Shown here piece by piece: positions 62,521-64,000 of a stretch of 64,000 nt of DNA. Below the pieces are notes generated by a model. That model had not been told where the DNA came from and did not search any database. It was given only the letters and a program-made list of their open reading frames with translations. This stretch comes from an uncultured Gammaproteobacteria bacterium (lineage in GTDB: Bacteria > Patescibacteriota > Microgenomatia > Levybacterales > GWA1-39-11). Numbering within the stretch: position 1 is the first letter of the stretch; every line of letters begins with the position of its first letter. A program made the translations under genes and the position numbers. Location: NCBI GenBank assembly GCA_964531275.1, contig CAZHDZ010000002.1, forward strand, positions 122,180-186,179, given 5' to 3'.

Positions 62521-64000
62521 ATGCTTCTTTTAATTTTATTTTCGTTCATAGCAGGTTTCGTAACCATACTCTCACCTTGTATTTTGCCGATTCTCCCCAT
62601 AGTCCTTTCCGGCTCTTTGAATGGAGGACACCGAAGACCAATAGGCATTGTAATCGGTTTTGTTCTAAGCTTTACCCTCTTCACACTTTTCTTATCGGCA
62701 ATAGTTAAGGCAACCGGTCTTTCTCCTGAACTTCTGAGAAATTTTTCAGTCCTTATTATTCTTTTCTTCGGCACTGCTCTTCTTCTTCCTAATTTTCAGG
62801 TTCTTATGGAAAAACTATTCACAAAACTTGCAGGAAGTGTAAGTGGAAAAGTTAGTCAAGGGAACGGATTTTGGAGCGGACTACTGCTAGGCTTGAGTTT
62901 AGGACTCATTTGGACTCCCTGCGTTGGACCTATAATTGCGTCCGTTATAACCCTTGCTGCAACAAGCAGTGTGAATGGAAGCGCAATTTTAATCACAGTT
63001 GCTTACTCAATAGGGACAGCTATTCCAATGTTTGCAATTACGTACGGAGGACGGAAGTTGCTTCAGAAAGTTCCGTGGCTACTTCGAAATACAGGGAACA
63101 TCCAAAAAGTCTTTGGGATACTTATGATCTTAGTTGCAATAGGCATCTTCTTCAACTTGGATAGAAAATTCCAATCAGCGGTTCTTGATAAGTTGCCGCA
63201 ATATGGAGCTGGCTTAACCAAAATTGAAGATAATGCAGCTGTAAAAGAACAGCTTGAAAAAGTGAGAGCAGACAAATCGAGTCTGTCACTAGATATGGGA
63301 ATGCATGCAACTGCACCGGAGTTAATTCAAGGAGGAGACTGGTTCAACACAAAACCCCTCACTATTAAATCCCTCTCCGGCAAAGTTGTACTAATAGATT
63401 TTTGGACCTACACATGCATCAATTGCATAAGAACTCTCCCCTATCTTAAGTCTTGGTATTCAAAATATGAAAAGGATGGATTCGTTATTATTGGAGTACA
63501 CACCCCAGAATTTGCTTTTGAAAAAGACTCAAAGAATGTTAAGCAAGCAATAGCAGACTTTGAAATAAAATATCCTGTCATGCAGGATAACGATTACGCT
63601 ACCTGGAGCGCATACAACAATCGCTATTGGCCTGCACACTACCTCATAGATAAGAATGGAAAAATTCGCTACACACACTTTGGAGAAGGGGAATACGACA
63701 AGACAGAGGAAATGATCCAAAAACTCCTTAAAGAGACTGGTGCAAATATACAGGACAAGATAAAAAATGAATCGTATGATGTAGATTCCCAAACTCCCGA
63801 GACATATTTAGGGTACGCTCGAATGCAAGGATTGGCTTCACCTGAAAGTGCCGCTCACGATACAAAAAGCGCGTACACGATTCCATCATCACTAAATCTT
63901 AATACATTTGCTTTTGCTGGAAACTGGACAATTGAAGAAGAAATGGCAACTGGAGAAGAAGGCTCGATAATCGACTTCAAGTTTCTAGCAAAGAACGTAT
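62521..64000 (+). CDS. DipZ-like thiol:disulfide interchange protein (CcdA/DsbD membrane domain fused to a thioredoxin-like domain), 3' end beyond window
   Basis: From the ATG at 62521, the frame is open to the window end (hence absent from the ORF track). The CcdA half has SPCILPILP and TPCVGPI; the redoxin half has FWTYTCINCIRTLPYL (CxxC). Confidence 0.7.
   Translation, partial: MLLLILFSFIAGFVTILSPCILPILPIVLSGSLNGGHRRPIGIVIGFVLSFTLFTLFLSAIVKATGLSPELLRNFSVLIILFFGTALLLPNFQVLMEKLFTKLAGSVSGKVSQGNGFWSGLLLGLSLGLIWTPCVGPIIASVITLAATSSVNGSAILITVAYSIGTAIPMFAITYGGRKLLQKVPWLLRNTGNIQKVFGILMILVAIGIFFNLDRKFQSAVLDKLPQYGAGLTKIEDNAAVKEQLEKVRADKSSLSLDMGMHATAPELIQGGDWFNTKPLTIKSLSGKVVLIDFWTYTCINCIRTLPYLKSWYSKYEKDGFVIIGVHTPEFAFEKDSKNVKQAIADFEIKYPVMQDNDYATWSAYNNRYWPAHYLIDKNGKIRYTHFGEGEYDKTEEMIQKLLKETGANIQDKIKNESYDVDSQTPETYLGYARMQGLASPESAAHDTKSAYTIPSSLNLNTFAFAGNWTIEEEMATGEEGSIIDFKFLAKNV

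Noticed and set aside
62514-63792. ORF-track ORFs 62514..62774(-), 62871..63164(+), 63063..63275(-) and 63529..63792(-).
   Set aside because: They lie inside, in other frames or on the other strand of, a long open frame starting at 62521 that encodes a coherent CcdA-thioredoxin (DipZ-like) protein with conserved Cys motifs, so they are spurious.

Overview
This is a 64-kb, low-GC (roughly one-third G+C by eye) bacterial contig that is almost fully coding on both strands. Gene content suggests a Gram-positive-type or CPR-like envelope: sortase with an LAxTG substrate, a TasA/SipW system, a DipZ-like CcdA-thioredoxin fusion, and a bacterial tRNA-Gln with U1:A72. In order, the window holds: (1) the N-terminus of a P-type cation ATPase, divergent from a TerC gene, with a 55-bp tandem repeat array between them; (2) a higher-GC, apparently foreign two-gene fragment that includes a truncated SDR; (3) a roughly 11-kb lipid biosynthesis/remodelling cluster containing a CFA-synthase-family methyltransferase, tandem paralogous membrane proteins, a PlsC-like acyltransferase, an NAD-dependent reductase/epimerase, a BtaA-like DUF3419 protein, a UbiA-family prenyltransferase, a protein with a PEP-utilizing phosphohistidine domain, a double-GNAT-like protein, and a polyprenol-kinase/CdsA-superfamily protein; (4) assorted small conserved genes (DUF1801, DUF2200, SAM methyltransferase, DHFR-like, VanZ-like, alpha/beta hydrolase), tRNA-Gln(UUG), a small iron-permease-like protein, an FAD monooxygenase, a TMTC-like GT-C/TPR protein, MsrB, YibE/F, Obg, an OmpR/histidine-kinase pair, a DUF4389 protein, a DEAD-box helicase and a GIY-YIG protein; (5) a TasA-like, SipW signal peptidase, TasA-like (Thr/Pro-rich) operon; (6) a roughly 28-kb envelope glycan cluster with three paralogous processive GT2 synthases (two fused to an N-terminal DPM1-like GT2 domain, each preceded by a small excisionase-type HTH gene), two families of paralogous GT-C-like membrane proteins (one fused to a GH5 hydrolase), GT4s, a CE4 deacetylase, a nucleotide-sugar dehydrogenase, a PIG-L deacetylase, a TM-anchored GH5-like protein, and a sortase with its substrate; (7) a partial DipZ-like gene at the 3' end. 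The most unusual sequence-level signal is a recurrent architecture in which a gene's ribosome-binding region plus its first 8-15 codons is tandemly duplicated just upstream, forming short uORFs that encode near-identical N-terminal peptides. It occurs upstream of the histidine kinase (three copies), obg, terC and the NAD-reductase gene; in the HK and obg cases the copies differ almost only at synonymous sites.
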